A stretch of 46,136 bases of DNA, filler included, from Catajapyx aquilonaris (taxonomy: Eukaryota): the NCBI GenBank assembly GCA_000934665.2. It is 2 parts of 2 records of this genome, joined end to end, with 100 filler letters (N's around TTAATTAATTAA, not from the genome) between each part and the next. Parts side by side here need not be neighbours in the genome. Positions count along the whole stretch, not along the records: positions 1 to 23,128 come from JYFJ02005792.1; 1 more part is not named here. One strand, 5' to 3'. The position numbers were made by a program, and so were the translations under genes. The notes beneath the pieces were generated by a model that saw only the letters and a program-made list of their open reading frames with translations, was not told where the DNA came from and did not search any database. This document shows, in pieces, positions 1 to 15,045 of the stretch. Position 1 is the stretch's first letter, and each line of letters starts with the position of its first letter.

Positions 1-2609
1 TAAAGGTCTTTTCTTTTGCCTTGCTGTTGCGCTATTACTGCCTCCGTGAATCTTTTGGAAATCAATGCGACCTCAACTCGAGGAAGAAAAAGGGGGAGCC
101 AAAGGACGAAACTTTACCTTTTGTTTCAAACGGAGACTCAAGTTCACATAAAGTGGCGAGAATTCCTAGGAGTGCAACTTGCGAGTTCCAGGTATGCACT
201 CATGTATATTGGCGCATATTTGCGTACGGTGTATGGGCCAGTAGACTTATGCGAGGCGGTTTTTGCTTTCATGTGCCAATAGCAGAAGTACGTAGTTTCT
301 TGGAACCTGTAGAAGCTGAAGGTGGCCACTTTTCAGTAAGAAATACGAGTGAAAGTGTCAACGACAGTATTTTGTCGATAGTACTTCTGCAGTACTGCGT
401 ATGTTAAGAAGTGTGAAGGGAATAGTTGTTCAAGCTTTTGCGCTAAAGCTTTTAAAGAGTAATGAATTAGGTGAAATGTTTTTGAAGCTCTTTTGCTCTG
501 TATACCCTTTGCTGAAAAGGGGGCTCTTTGTTAATTATTTTGGCGCTTATAGTACAGGTATAGCATAACAACTGTGTAATAAGTGTGCTTTGAAACTTAT
601 GCTGTAAAATTTAACCGCTATACGTCGTAATCTCAAAATAATACAATCGTCTTTACCACCAAGCATAGGCGTATTAAATTTTCTGTACTTTAAGAGCTTG
701 TAAATTGGAAATACAATATTTAAACCGATTCTTCAATGGCCAATTGTGGTTGATCATTAACCACTAAGAGCTAAGGACCACATTATTGCACAGTTATAAA
801 ATAACTGATAGACCCATTTTGCCAGGGTTCTGCGCAATAAATATTGCAGCCCAGAACTTGCGGCGCACCCGGCCCTTTGATATATAACTACACATACATT
901 TCATCATAGACACTGCCGCATTTATGTTCCTACTGAATTAATAGCTCAGCGTCTTCTTTCACTTCAATTTCAATTATCCCTGCCAGAATTTCATTTCGAA
1001 GTGGAATTCAAAAACTCCGAGCACAAAAAGTGATGTCCCTCCGTCTATAATCCCTATAATATGTGTGAGAGCAGTGGTTTCAGTTAAGAGGCTTCATTTT
1101 AATTAATGGTCAAGCTGCGAGCCAAAGGAGTCTGGATTGGATGCAAAATCCCAGCGCTGGAATTTAGGGGCCTGAAAGAATGCATGGATGGATATACAGT
1201 ATGGGCCGACCCTCCATTCCGGAGGAATAGGGTCTTTTTATTTTCTGTACAGCTGGTAGTCGTAGAATAAGTAGTGGGAGTAGTTTCTCAATATAAGAGC
1301 TGGAAGCGGGGCTGAAAATGGCTACTATAAATTATCCCAACTCGGGAGCGAGGGTATTGGAAAAGTTACAATCAGCTCTTTTGTTAATTACTTTTTCTCC
1401 TATGGTGCTCCTGTTTTTTTCCAGTCTTTGCCACGACAATCAACAGGTTACGCGTAAAAATGAAATAACAAACGCTTGGAGCGAGACAGTTCGTGACGTG
1501 GGTGCTGTCTAGTTAATTATTGTTGGCAAGCCGTTTGAAAAATGGAAGTTTGTTCAACAGTGGCGAAGATGGAACCACTTAATGGTGAAGTGGACGTGTG
1601 TTTTATTAATACTGTATATACCAATCGATAGAAACCTGGGATGAACATTCAACCGCTTTTTTCCGATAGTCCGCTGTTTTGACCTTTGACCATGAATAGT
1701 GACCAAGCTGTGGCCTACCCCGGCCTACCATTAAAAATACATGTGGTGGACTAATATGTATCGATTTCTGGGCATCTATGAATAGTCCAGATTCCTGATT
1801 CTCATGTCTGCCACACTGATACGCTTTCTATTACGAAAAAGAACATGGTAACTTATCATGTCTCGGTGATGTATGAGATGAAATGTAGTGATATTTGAAT
1901 GTGGTATAAGTTAGACACACTATATTTTTTTTTGTAAGAGTAGGAAGTGCAGAGGGAGCCTAGCAAGTTATAAATAACCCCCTTTTGTCTGGCCAAGTTG
2001 ACAGTTCGTATCATTGTTGGAGATCAAACGCACAGCGACTCGAACGCAGGCGAGTTTCGTCACATATGCATGTTCCTCAGATGTTCCATTCCGGGAGAAA
2101 CGGCTGTAAAAAAAAAGACCTACATCGCAAGAGGCAGTCCAATTCAGCGAATTGAACGAGGATGGTCCCAAAGCGAGCCCTGAAACCGGAGGAAAGAGTC
2201 GTCGCGCAACCCGGATTTTGAGGAAATGAAGGGATTAGGATGGAAAGCGCGTTAGGGAAAGTTAGATGGATGCGATTAAGTGGGAAATATTGGCACGTAC
2301 TGGTGAAGAAGAAGAAAAAACCGAAGAAGAGAGATCCAGGAAGAAGCAGTGTTTCAGGCGCGGTCCTCGTTTAATTCTTCCTTGAAGAGACAGGGAGAGG
2401 TGAATGTCTCCCCGAGCCCCAGCGTGGAATAATATCGACCGGATCTGCTGCCAACAGCCAACTCTGCTCCACAAGATGGAAACTCTGGCCCACGAATTTT
2501 CCTTTTACCTTCTCGACACCAGCACCCAACCCTTGGTGCACACGAGGACCCTGGACAGAGAGCAGCGTCTGAACCGCGAGCGTGGCGAGCCCTGAACGCG
2601 CCTGACATT

Positions 2610-2649
2610 TTCCAACGGCTTCCAACGGTTTCCAACGGCTTCCAACGGC
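2610..2649. repeat. 4 x 10-bp tandem repeat TTCCAACGGY
   Basis: Read directly from the sequence. Confidence 0.9.
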
Positions 2650-5019
2650 CTGACCTTTCAGTATGTAATGCACATCGCAAGGGTTGGGGGGCAAAATTCC
2701 CGCGCTCTATTTCCCCCCCCCCCCCACCGACCCCTTCGCAATAATGGCAAGCAGGACTTGGCCAGAAAAGGGTAAGGATTTAATCCCCGTCGTATTAAGG
2801 CTCAACCGGACTGAATTTTAAGCTGATGTAAATTAGAAAAGATTGGGCCGAAAACAAGGGTGGCAGTTGAGCGAATTAAGCCCGCTTCCTGAAAAAGCTA
2901 GGGTTGCAGTTAATTACAACCCAAGATGAACCTGACGGGAGGAAATTGGTAAACAACGTCCGGATTATATACCGCGTGTGTATACACAGGTTTTTTTGTG
3001 TAAAAAATGCGGCGAATTTCTGCGGACCTTGTTTACGCCGGTACATTATTTTTAGGACTTTCTTCTGGACTGCAGTGCAGACATTTTGGCCAAATAGGTG
3101 TGGTCATGCACTTTTACAGGGCGTGGCTTTTCCCTCGTTCTCCAGATATTGCAATTTGTTGATGAGGGTTAGGGGACAAATTCCTTGTAGCAGATGGTGA
3201 CCATGTCACATGTTTTCTGCATTGGAGGCACATGTTATTCTGACACAAATTGGTGCATTAATGCAACCAATTAGGATTCCCCGTACTCAGCTATAGGGAG
3301 AGAGCCGAATCTGCCTCAATTATGGACACGAGTATAGATAGGGTTAGGGTAATTAATTGCGATAACGAGGCAACTGGCAGCCAACCCCGTAACACACAGC
3401 ATAGTTTAAACTGGGAATTTGCGAGCGAGATGGGGAATTTGCGAGCGACCCCGAACATTCCGAGAAGACCCCCTTTTTTTAGTGTATGGACTTGGTCTCG
3501 CTTTGTAGTTTGTCGTGTAGGTTCCTCCCTTCCTTGATTGTTGGCCAAGTTTCTGAGATGGAGACGGATGGACACATCCAATTTGGCTGGACATCACATC
3601 CACGTGGATTTCCGCCAACTACACCGAAGCCATGGACGCGTTTCTGTCACACCCCATCTTCGAGTGACATCGTTGCAATAGCCGGCTCTCCCCCCACGAG
3701 ATATCAACGTGTCGATACCACAAGTAGATTTCTGTCGCCACTCTGCTGCACACTTTTAGAGTCCTCATCGGGGCAATGCCTTGTATATATATTTTTTTAT
3801 CTGAAGAAAAAGATGCCGATCGTAGCTGCAGCAGAAGGATTTCTAAGTTCATATTGTCAACCGAATGCCGAAGCGAAAGTTTGGTCAGAAATGAGCTGAC
3901 AGGTAATTTAGATAAATGGTGGGCTGTAAGAAGATGGAAGATGTTATAAATTTGACACGAGAGTGACGGCGTCTGAATTCTGGAAATAAATGCTTCAAGC
4001 TGCCTTTTTTGCCGCCTTCTTCTTCTTCTTCTTCTCACTGGCCCACAGTCGGAATAAATCGCGGTCGCCATTGTGGATCGGAGTTCCTCCCCGATTGAAG
4101 GCACAATTGGACCCTTTTCAATCGGAAGCGATAGGGATTTGACTATTGATCAGGGGACTGCCGACATGTCAACTCGTCATTCCCCCGAAAATGGCTGCCA
4201 AGTTGCATCATGGGACCTTCTGCTCGTCCATTGTTGGTCGGCACAATGATCTTTTGGGACGGAAATTTTGCCTTTCATGATGCGAAACAATTGAATTGGT
4301 TGCACTGTTTTAGGAGCTGGTGAATGCATTATATACGTGGGTTGCTTTCTGTGTTGCTTTAGGTTGGTCTGGAATAGTTCTTTTGCGTTGTTGCTCATGG
4401 AGTTTTAAATATGAAGTATCGACTGCATAATGTCATATAAATGATGCGTGCAAATATTACATTGTTATCATTTATTAAGGGAGTTAAACTACACCAATGG
4501 CACATCTCCTTTGAGTAAGTTTGGCTCAAATTCCAGCAGATTTCTCCACTTATTTTGCTCCAGTGAAAATCGAGCCTCAGGCGTTAGATGCGAGGTTGGG
4601 TCTAGAGATATCCAATAAGTGACTAGATGAAGTGAATATTACTACAAGGGAGAGATTCTAGCATAACAAGTAGGTAAAAGTCCACCACTCAATCGTTATT
4701 CTGCAGTTATGACGCAATTGCCTGTCTCGCTGCGGACGTACACCGACACCGCATGTCGACGACGTCTTCACGCACACCGGTGTCTCCCTGACAATGTGCG
4801 ATGCCACCCTATCGAGTTGAGGTAGGAGTGTCGCAACCGGGCCCTAACGAATCGAAATTTGAAGCATAACTCAGTTTAGGTGACGGAGTCAAGAGCATGT
4901 TCATTTGGGGAGTTATTAAATTTAGGGGCAGATAAGTGTCAGGGAGCATCTTCCCGGGATGATTATGCACTCAATCTGGCTGGAAGGGGTAATGAGAAGG
5001 GGAGTGTGGGTTGTAAAGC

Positions 5020-5652
5020 ATGGCGCTTCTCCTCTTCTCTTCTTCCTCTGACGGGCCCCGCCATCTGGCTTTCGAGAGACGGAGAAGGAGGGAGCGTGAC
5101 AACAATGCCAACAATGGCGGGGACCGGTCTCATCCGCTATCATTTCTCTCTTTAGGAAGATGGCGGTAGCTTGGGCAGAAAAATAGTAAGGAGATTGTGT
5201 CGGAAGCGACGTTGTCTCGGAGCCTGAAATCGCAGCCTCATTAAGATTCGCAGCTGGTTTCTGCGTTCCAGACTTGTAATGCGAGATGGCGGCCGCCTGT
5301 CGCCATCCATTATGGCGGTCCCTCCCTGCCTCCCTCGCTCCTTCTTCGGCGGTCCTCCCCCACATGCTCTTTGCCTGTAATCTGCTCGTCGCCATCAAGC
5401 CATTTCCCGAGGCATCTCCCCCACAATTCTGCTCACTTCTTGTACAACACCCGAGACGAGAATAGCACCTCATCATGGCGGACCTTTTGTCTCGGCACCA
5501 GCTGGGTTTATCCTCGGAACCCTATTGGATCACAGAGTGGATAAGTCCGGGTGTGTCTGACACTTAGCTAGATTCTGGCCATCCTCACTCTTGAAGTTGT
5601 CGATTGAGACGAGGGTTGAAAGAGTGGGCGTCAAAGAGGAGAAAAATGGCGG
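5020..5652. promoter_or_regulatory. Cluster of YY1/Pho-type ATGGCG/CGCCAT motifs
   Basis: Ten occurrences, near 5020, 5059, 5114, 5160, 5286, 5301, 5312, 5390, 5475 and 5646. Confidence 0.45.
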
Positions 5653-7896
5653 GTAGCACCGACATGCAGTGAAGGCTGGCGACATGTGCGTGCGACAGTT
5701 CAGAATGCATGTGGATGAAATTGTACGGGACATTTGGTCACGAGCGAGCTAACAAGCCGATAATGTGTGGTCTGTTTCATATATTTGATGGCCTGTCGTA
5801 ATAGCCTATAAGTGCAACTCTTTATATCCAGTTGTTGACAGGTGCCAGGTCCATTGCAGACAAGACGGGCAGGGTATACAGTATTGTTGATCTAAGAGTG
5901 AGGAGGTGACGAAATGATTTTTACTCACACGAGCTTGTCACCTGCTCGATATGATTTGACTGAAGAGGGGGATATATGCCCACACATATTTCATTCGAGG
6001 AAGTGCCTTCATAATAACAGGCACTTGTGGACCACCCTTTATGAGCGCTATGGGGAGCATGTCAGAGTAGGAGATGGCTACGGGCCAATTGTTTTGTTAG
6101 CTATTTATGAATCTGTGAGAGAGTCAGTCGTCAGGAAAGTGGATAATAAGTTATGTGAGAAGAGGCAAGTAGGAAATTATTTAGGGAGATGTCACTCTGG
6201 AAAGGTTTTATTCCTGAAATCGGACCGTATACCTGCCCCCAAGAGAATATTACTCTCTACTGAGGGGAACGGTAACATGACTGTTGCTATTACTCATAAG
6301 CTGTTGTTGGCTTCGCATGCACGCTTAATAACCTGCCCTGATGATTAAAAATATTTTGCTTCGACCGTCGATATTGCTTTCGCGGCAATATAGATGTTCC
6401 TTCAGATGGAGCACTTTACGCACTTTACGACCTGTAATACACAGGGGCTGTAATGCGCTAATATTAATTCTCATTACGGTACTGTTACGTCGAGTGAACA
6501 TTTTCACACTTGTATTTTTAAAACATCCTCACTCATGCTTTTAGCATACCAGAGTTGTGACTGGCGTTTCCTTTCACTGACCAGCTAAAGCCAACACCAT
6601 AAATAAATATGGTCATTTGGATAGTGCAAGGGAATGGATGGCATTTGGATGGGCTGGAGGGCAAGGAAAAGCAAACAAATGGCTGAGCCGTGTTATGGAT
6701 CTTGGCCAACTCAGGTGCGAGTAATAGAACTTCATGTGGTTCTCTGAGCCTTATACCGTAGGTGACGTCACATGGAGACAGACGCCTAAATTTAATCCTT
6801 TCTGTGTCCCGTCCAATTGGCAGGCTTCGAGGAACCGTGCCAGTTTCTTTGTCCCACATTGTGACGGGGCCAGTTCCAGGGAAGACTTATTATGTGTCTG
6901 ACGTGACGTCAGACTCTACTCTGACGTCACGTACCGTACGTTCCGGCATTTATTTCTCGCCTGATTTCGGTCTCCAAACGAAGGGGGTCAGACTGCTGCA
7001 GATTACGGGAAGTCGTATACCACGGGTTTGGCAACCAATTCCGGCAGGAGACGTAGAATTTCTGACAGTTATGCCTACTAACTCGATAAAAAAGCGTGTT
7101 ATGCTGATGAGTTTCGGTGTAGTGGGCATACCTTGCGCATATGAACTGTATTCACTGTCAATACTGATATGCCGGGTTTATTATTCGACTCTTTCCCTCT
7201 GTTTATGTAGTAGGATGACGTTTAAAAGCAGGGATATAATGAAATGACTGCTCCAATTAGCGCCATTACTGTCTGTAGATGAATAACACAGGGGAGCAAC
7301 TTCAACTGTCGCGTAATTTAAATGTGCGACTGTAATTATCGCACATTTAAATTGCTTATATATTATGCAGTACATAACTACGTAGATGCAATGCGCACAC
7401 AGAACCTGTCTGACGATTTTGGACCGGAGAAATTCGCATTTCTTTCAGTGGAAGTCTTGCCAAGGAATGCTACATGGCGAATGCCGAGTACACATATTGT
7501 CCAGACTTAATTATTTTTATTCTGTAATGCGAAACCACACCCAGTTGGAATACGCCTGGGTTGCATGAAACGCACATTAGTACCGCTGGAAGCTGCATAC
7601 TCTATTCAGCACAATGCTTTGTGTACCTGTATTTTCTGTGTATTGCTGGGTGATGTCTGGTAGAACGTTCTTTTTTTTAATCCTTCAGAATACTTCATGC
7701 TGTTTTTGTGTGCAGTTTTTCCTCGAATCATGGCCTGTTGAAATGTGGCTCTTTCCGGTACGGATACGCCCCTGCTGGACAGACAAGACATATTATGAAA
7801 ATGAAACTTTAGGAAGACGGTCCAGTGGACAGCAGATAAATTCGTATCCTGGTGGGAGTGGAATTTGTCGAAGTGAGCAATCCGCGACGGGAACCC

Positions 7897-8053
7897 TACC
7901 GCAATCCAATTATCGATCAGAGTGGTCATTGGGATCGACGTCCATTGGGGCCGAAACTTCTACCGGATCACTGCGAATCTACTCGCCACAAAAAAAAGAT
8001 CAAAAATTTGGTCCCATACCAATCCTTTCCGGTCCCTAATTGGATTGTGGCTA
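7897..8053. mobile_element. Possible small degenerate MITE
   Basis: CCGCAATCCAATTA (7899-7912) is the inverse of TAATTGGATTGTGG (8037-8050) with one mismatch. Weaker inverted similarity continues inward and TA dinucleotides flank it. Confidence 0.4.
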
Positions 8054-11000
8054 CAGACACAAGTGTCAGGAGTTAGACGACAACACTTTTTTTAGTGTGG
8101 GTGTGTTTCCACCCTGGCAACCCTGAGCTGACGTACGTGACGTCATACGTGCCAGATCTGTTTCCTTAGTTGGAAGAGGGGGAAAAAAAGGATTAAGCGA
8201 GGAGATAATCGTGTGGGCCATGAATTAGTGACCGAGGTCTAAAGGGCCCGCTGCCGGACTGGAGAATTAGTAGAGCTCAAAATCCCGCGGAGAATATTAA
8301 TTCTTCTGGACCGTTTTCCCATCGATCCTTCGCCATGTGGCTCCCTTTGCCTTGCAATCATTCCGCTCGTTGGATTTGCTAAGAGAGCAACTGATTTTCA
8401 TTTTAAATATTGTTGAATTTTTTTTTGGCCCTACTCAGGGCGGGAGTGAAATTTGGATGAAAAACGTGGGGCCGAAATTAAGCTCGGAGCAGCAGGCTGA
8501 ATACGAGTTAAAAATCTGTTCTGAATTTTAAATTTTTAAATTATTATATTCGCATTACTTTGGCTGGGGGGGTAATGTGAGCCATTATTTTATTACACCT
8601 GACCTATTCGCAGTATTTGCAACGTACACGTATGCGTATTCATGACTTGCAGAATTTTTACGAGCTTGTTTTCGCCCAAATAGCGGCCTTGAATTACTCG
8701 CTGCTACATGCCGTAGATTGTTGCAATATTTAACGACGGTGTTCTCCCAAGTAGTTTAATCGCTGGGAATGGCGCAAAACTCTTTTGCCCTGAGCCAAAC
8801 GCCTTTGAAGCAGGGAGCCCCTGACATGTTTCAGACTCTTTATCGCACACTTTTCCCCTCCTTTCCCCCTCCTGATTTATTCTGCGATCAGCCTGAACGA
8901 TATCTGAATTTCATTAACCTAGGCACTATCCTGAAAGGCCGAGCGATGTACACCAAGTGCAAAACTTGCGAAATAACGTGCTACAACCCTCCTCTGCGGC
9001 AGAATTTATTCCTGAACTATCGAGCCGCAAACTTGGCGGGGCCATGATTACCCCCCATCCCCACCCCCCTTTTTTTAAAAAAAAAACTGCATGCAATTTA
9101 TTTGCAAGCGACCTAGATCTAGGTGGTGTATTTATTGATAATCACATCACTTTCTGTGTATATAGCATCCTCTCTAGTTTTGCCAATCACTAGTGCGAAT
9201 TATGATTCATCAGCGGGCTCTTTTACGGTCGCGAGCTCGGTTGGGAGTCTGCGGGACGTAAATTTGCGGGTGGCCTTCCGCGGCCTCTTATGGAAAATAT
9301 TCGGCACAGTTATGGAGGTCGTTACTTTAGAGTCTATCACGTCGAGCGGATCATTCCCCGACCCGATTATGCCACACCTTTCGAAATCTGCTGCGTAGTT
9401 ATGGGGGTCCTTATAGCCTAGCGCACGTACCCAGCCCTACGGCTCTAATTAATTCTCAAGCTGGCTCCTAGGAAATTATGTCATTACGCTGTACTCAACT
9501 TTATGTGTATGAGCTTGCATATTGTTGTGCGGGGCAGATCGAATGCTGGGGACGATTAAAGCATTGACAGTGTTACGATGAAATATGGAGTCGTAATCAT
9601 CAGGAATCGATACAATTGGCTCGTTATGGCTGGTCGGTGGTGGCGATCGCGTTCGGATGTAGGGTCACTCATGGTTGCGGGGTCGTTGTGTGGTCAAAGT
9701 GTCTTGGATTAAAGGCAGCAAACATTTTAAACAAAATTGGCCTGATGTTTCTTATGGCGTTTGCATGGCAGGGGTGTCATCACGGCGTATGTGCCGCTGC
9801 CATTCTGGATCATAAGTCAGGGCTGATATCCGGAAATATCCTATTAGCGCCCATTTTTGTTGCACAAAGGGCAGCGCTGTACACTTGCAAACGACATCTA
9901 CATAATATGACACTTACGAGCTGTCAGGCAGGCACCATTACTGTGAAATATAACAGGGGGGGTTTACAGTACAGGACTTAGCGTCATGCTGTGTCACCGA
10001 TTTCTTTGTCGCAGAGCCGGACGCAATGTGACGCCATGTTTCGACCTTCGTAAAATTATTAATTCAGACTAAATTATTGCTTACTATGCATTTTTACGTG
10101 TGCAGAAAACGTTAGTTGACATTTTGCCTCCGGGAGACAATGGGGCTAAATGAAGGGGACACCTACTGCGTCCGAAATTGAATGTTTGCTGCCCTTGCGG
10201 ATAACCGCAGCAATTCTTCATGACACTGCGGGACTCGTGCCGTGTTTTGCAAAATATACAGACGAATAATGTTTTCCTGCAATTAAAAAAGTGAGGGGCG
10301 GCTGAGAAATATTTAGTTCAAGCAACTTGCTGTGTCATTGTGTCAGTTGTTTTCTTTCTGGAATGAGGAGGCACGATCTGGAACTGTTACTGCTTTTGCC
10401 TTCGTGCACTAGAACTTTTCAGGTCACCTACTTCATCCCCTGTTCCACTGACATTCCAGAAGGATGGGCCACTGTTTTATTTTAGAAAGGGGTTATTTGT
10501 GACTTTTTCCACTATTTCTCGCTGTCATTCCCAATAGACGAAAGTACACACTGTATATGAATTTTCTACACCCAAATTATGAGGGATTTGGGGGCAAATG
10601 TGGAATTACATTCGGGAATTGCAGTATGAAACTATACTGTAGATGTAATCAGATCCTCGAAAGAGAGCTCAGTCCAGGCTCTGACTACCGTGAGAAAGTG
10701 ATTAATTTTAGGAACATTTTCCTGGTGGGAAAAGAGTCTCTTGCGTGGAAATGTCATAGGATTAAAAGCCACGGAATCAGGTCAAATATCCTGTCGACTT
10801 GGACCAGTGATGTTCAGTTTTCTGCACTGGCCAGACTGCTTCGCCCTCAAATATTCACTCCAAGTACATTTCTGACATAACATTATAATATGGAAGTATG
10901 CGTAATTATATACTTTGGTCGAGAGTTTGAATGCATTTTTGTACACGTGGAATAAAAGCGAATCCACTCTCCATATATTACACATCTGAATAGTCAATTG

Positions 11001-14000
11001 ACTACTGTACATTTCCTACCTGTATACTGTACTTTTGAATTACAATGCATGATGTAGACTTTCAAATGCAGAGTTTGGGACTTTGGAATTGGTATAATAC
11101 CACATGGTGTGTGTGCGTAATGGATGCATCGTGAACCCACATCGATTTCTGTTGGTTTATTTAGCAAATGCCATTCTCCAGCTTTTTAAATACTTAATAT
11201 TCTGCCATTCGTGAAGGTTGTTATTGCTTATTTTTAGTCATGAAAATTTTTATACTTGCTTGCATATTGTATGAAGGTAAATATTATGATAGTTGCGAGG
11301 ACATGAACGTGTTTTATTGTATATGTATAGGTTTTTGCATTTTTATCCACTTTCGTACATATTTAGGTAAATATTGCTACATGCCTTCTCGCCACAGTCG
11401 CCACCGATTCAAACCAGACGGAAATACTGCATGGCACTGTACAGGGCTAATTTTTAAATGACCTCGCCCCTGACTCCGAGAATGGCCTGCATGAAAGTTT
11501 TATCAGCCAGTGACAGAGGAGCACGCGAAGTGCGTGGATCAACTCTCCCTGGTGAAATAATGCATTTCTCTTAAACTGTAACCTAACGGCATGAAGCCTA
11601 ACACCGCATGTAAATTCACTTCACTTGTTTTGACTAGTACAGTATTTTTGAAAAATAACTGCATGTTGTGACTGGCGATTTTGGCACTAAACGTGTTGTT
11701 GCCACCACCCTTCCACATAACAGCGCTGCCACCGTCAATGCTTCTAGCTACACATGGGCGCAAAAGTCGACACATTGTCCCGCCACTGCATTGTCAACCA
11801 GACTCCCAAGCAGAGGCTGTTTATCGCCCGCTGTATATGAGCAGACATACCTTCCCGACACATGCACATATGGCGGCTACATAACCGTCCATCCATGATG
11901 CATGTCCACCGCCCACAAGTGACGTTTATGGACGCAGTCTGTCAACGGGGGGCAAGCATGGCCTCCGAATCAACGCACCGCGTCCATGTTGCAAATACAG
12001 GGTGGCTGTAATGACTATCAAGTGATCAGGACGTCAGAACTTTATTTTAGATTGTAGATATGATATTGCTTATTTAAAATGGGTTGTCTCCGTGCTCCAG
12101 TGGGTTTTCTCGGGGTCCGCTCACTCCATATTGCGGATAAACGCAAATTCTATTCGATTGTGCTGCCATCTAGTAAAGCCTGCGCAACTCTGCTTTCCTG
12201 ACCGATGAACAAATCGGATAACCAGCAAGCTGGCAAGCTTCTCTCTGAGCACCCCTGTAATTTTGCCGCATATGTGTGTGTCAACTCAGCCTTTGGTTTG
12301 CTTCTCCCCACCACCCCATCCGCCTCCCCCTGTCATCCCCACTTCCACCCCCCAGTACGCCAACATATACACACCCAGTGGGCAGGGCTAACAGTAGATG
12401 GTATAGTTTCCGATCGGATAGGCCAGCTTCCCATCCATTTCCTGTTGATCGGTGTTAGGGGACGGTTAAACGCGCTTGCCAGCAATTGGAGCGAAAAGCT
12501 GGGTTCGGTTGCAACTCGCTTCCAGGACATGGCTTGCCGTTTAGGCGCGGTCACTTTGGGTCACTGAGCACCTGCTTCTAATGTAGTCTACCATATTTCA
12601 AAATCGTGTTTCCGATGCATTTGGAACCGCGCCTAAACAGTCCGTTACGCGGTCGCTTCGCTTGGCGAGTTATACTCGATCCAAAGTGGCCCCCTGAACA
12701 TATCCTATATGCTACTACTGTATTTATGCCAATGACGACGCGTTAATGGGGAGGAAATGGACAAAAAATTGCACTTCTCTCGTCATCTAGGCATTTTAGA
12801 ATGATGCAGGGGACCGTCGATCGGGAGGGTGTTGACAAATAATGTCGTCTGATGACATAACAATTATGTAAAGCATCGTTAGAATGTTGGATATGTAACG
12901 GGCGTTGTGACATTTTTAAAATACGAGCTACCGTTGATAGTCCATGTTGATTAGTACACTTTACGTGCCCAATCAAATGGTTTTCTTGCCTAGTGAAAAG
13001 AGTGCTGGTGCAATTTCGATGTACGATATATTTCTTTCAGAGGAAGTTATTTGAAACGTCCAATAATTGCTTATCGATTAAAGTATTGAAGCGCAAAAAA
13101 AGTGACTGATGATGTCCGCTGTGTAACTTGAGCATTAGCACTATCTGCATTTTGCCAGACTTTAAACATGGAGGGTGTTTTAAAATCGGAAATGAAGCCC
13201 CTATATTCCACATCGCTGTGAATATCGGCGCCCATTTCCGATGTACGTTTGGCCGGCGAAGTTACCAAAAGACTATAGATTCAAAGTATGCCGAAAGTGC
13301 ATTTGCAGAGGGAGGAAGATGGGTCCATTTAGCAATTAGGCGAAACCCGAGAAAGGAAAGGAGGAGCTTTTAACCTGGAAGATTTCGAACACTCCCAGGG
13401 TTAACCATGCCTTGATTTTTTTCCCCCTACACCCCCCTTCCTCTAAAGAGGTGATTGATTGGACTGGTATCGATCAGGAAGCAAGATCTGCGCATCGGTT
13501 CTCCAAATAAAACCGAAATTATTACCTTAAACCCCCTGGCATATATTTCTTCCCTCAAATTTTGACAACTCTCATAACCCCTGTTTGTAAACTAAGGAAC
13601 AGGTGTACCCGCAAGCTTTCAGACTAATTGCACAGCAACTTCACAGTCGTAGCCAACCAGCATCACTTTCCATGCTCTCTCATATATCTCCTGGATACGA
13701 ATTTATGAAATAAGATTCTGGCGAGAAGTTGAGCAAACTTGCTTCACATGTATCGCGGGGGAAATTGCTCGGAAGAAAAGACGAATGCCGCTCAAGGGAG
13801 TGCTCCCATTTAATTGGATCTGATCTTTATGATGAGTAATTCCGCCTGTCGCCGCCAGGGTTTTATGCGGCGCTCTAAATAGATTGTACGGGGTGACGTC
13901 AGGTGTGTGCCTCGCCCCAATTTATATCGAGGAGGGAATTTCAAATTGATTTAGTCGTAAATATTTTAGGGTGCCTCGCAATTGTAGGATATTTGGCGAG

Positions 14001-15015
14001 AAGGGGACCTTTGGCCACAACAATGGGCCCAGGTTCAGATGGTGGGCAGGCGTGGGCCTTTTCATGTCCGGCGCCATTACTCAGGTTGCCTGCCTCTCCT
14101 CCTTGTTCCTAAGCCCATAAAACACCGCCTAATGGCCAACCCAACGCTGGAAAAGGGGAGAACAAAAAAATTTGGGGGAGGAAAAAAGAAGCACTGGTCT
14201 GGGATTTTACACTTGCCCCATCACGCTTTATCATTCAGGTCGAGCTCTTTTGGGAAGCGCTGCTGCTCCGGATATTACCCGGACATTATTGCTACCTTTT
14301 TCCAACCCCCCTACCCTCTTCTTATTCCACCACCGCCACTTTTTGGGGATGGTAAACCCTCTCTTACAAGAACCGCTTGAAAAATGGTGAATTTGCAGCT
14401 AACAAGCCTGAAAAATGGTGCAGCGTCTAATGAAATGAGGTTAACAAGCTTGGGTCGCGCAAGGTGATAATACGCTGAATAAATGAAGCCTCTTCCTGGC
14501 CCTGAGGGTCATCATTGCCACCATTAGTTCCTGGGCATTTGCTTCTTTATCTAGAAACTTGCTATCACGCCTCGTTTTGCAGAACATTCTTGTAAATGAG
14601 TCAGAACTGTTTTTAAAAAATCAGAAATTTTCAAAATATTGCAATTTTGATAAATCGATATTTAGCGATTATTCGATTTGATATTCGTACCAAATGGACA
14701 TATGCGACAACCTTCTATGACGCATGACAAACTAGAGCTCCGGAAAATTGAGGACATTTGAAGGTTGTTTCGTTTCACATAAGCGCATAACTTTCCTTCG
14801 CGTTCCCCTGTGAGTAGGAAGCTTTGAGAATTCGCTCGGATGATTGATATGCACTGGGACTTGCGCATCTTCCCATTCATATATATATGCACCCACCGTA
14901 TTTTGAGGGATTGAGCCATATAGTGCCTAGCAAGTAGTGTTCAGGTGACAAATGAAACCGCAACTCTCTTTCCATCTCCGCTTTATTGACGTCGGAAGAA
15001 GAAAAGGAAGATAGA

Positions 15016-15045
15016 GAAGAAGAAGAAGAAGAAGAAGAAGAAGAA
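15016..15045. repeat. (GAA)n microsatellite
   Basis: About 10 GAA units within a purine-rich tract. Confidence 0.9.

Noticed and set aside
12539..12638. 13-bp inverted repeat GTTTAGGCGCGGT/ACCGCGCCTAAAC
   Set aside because: Real but short, with no TSD or further support to call an element.
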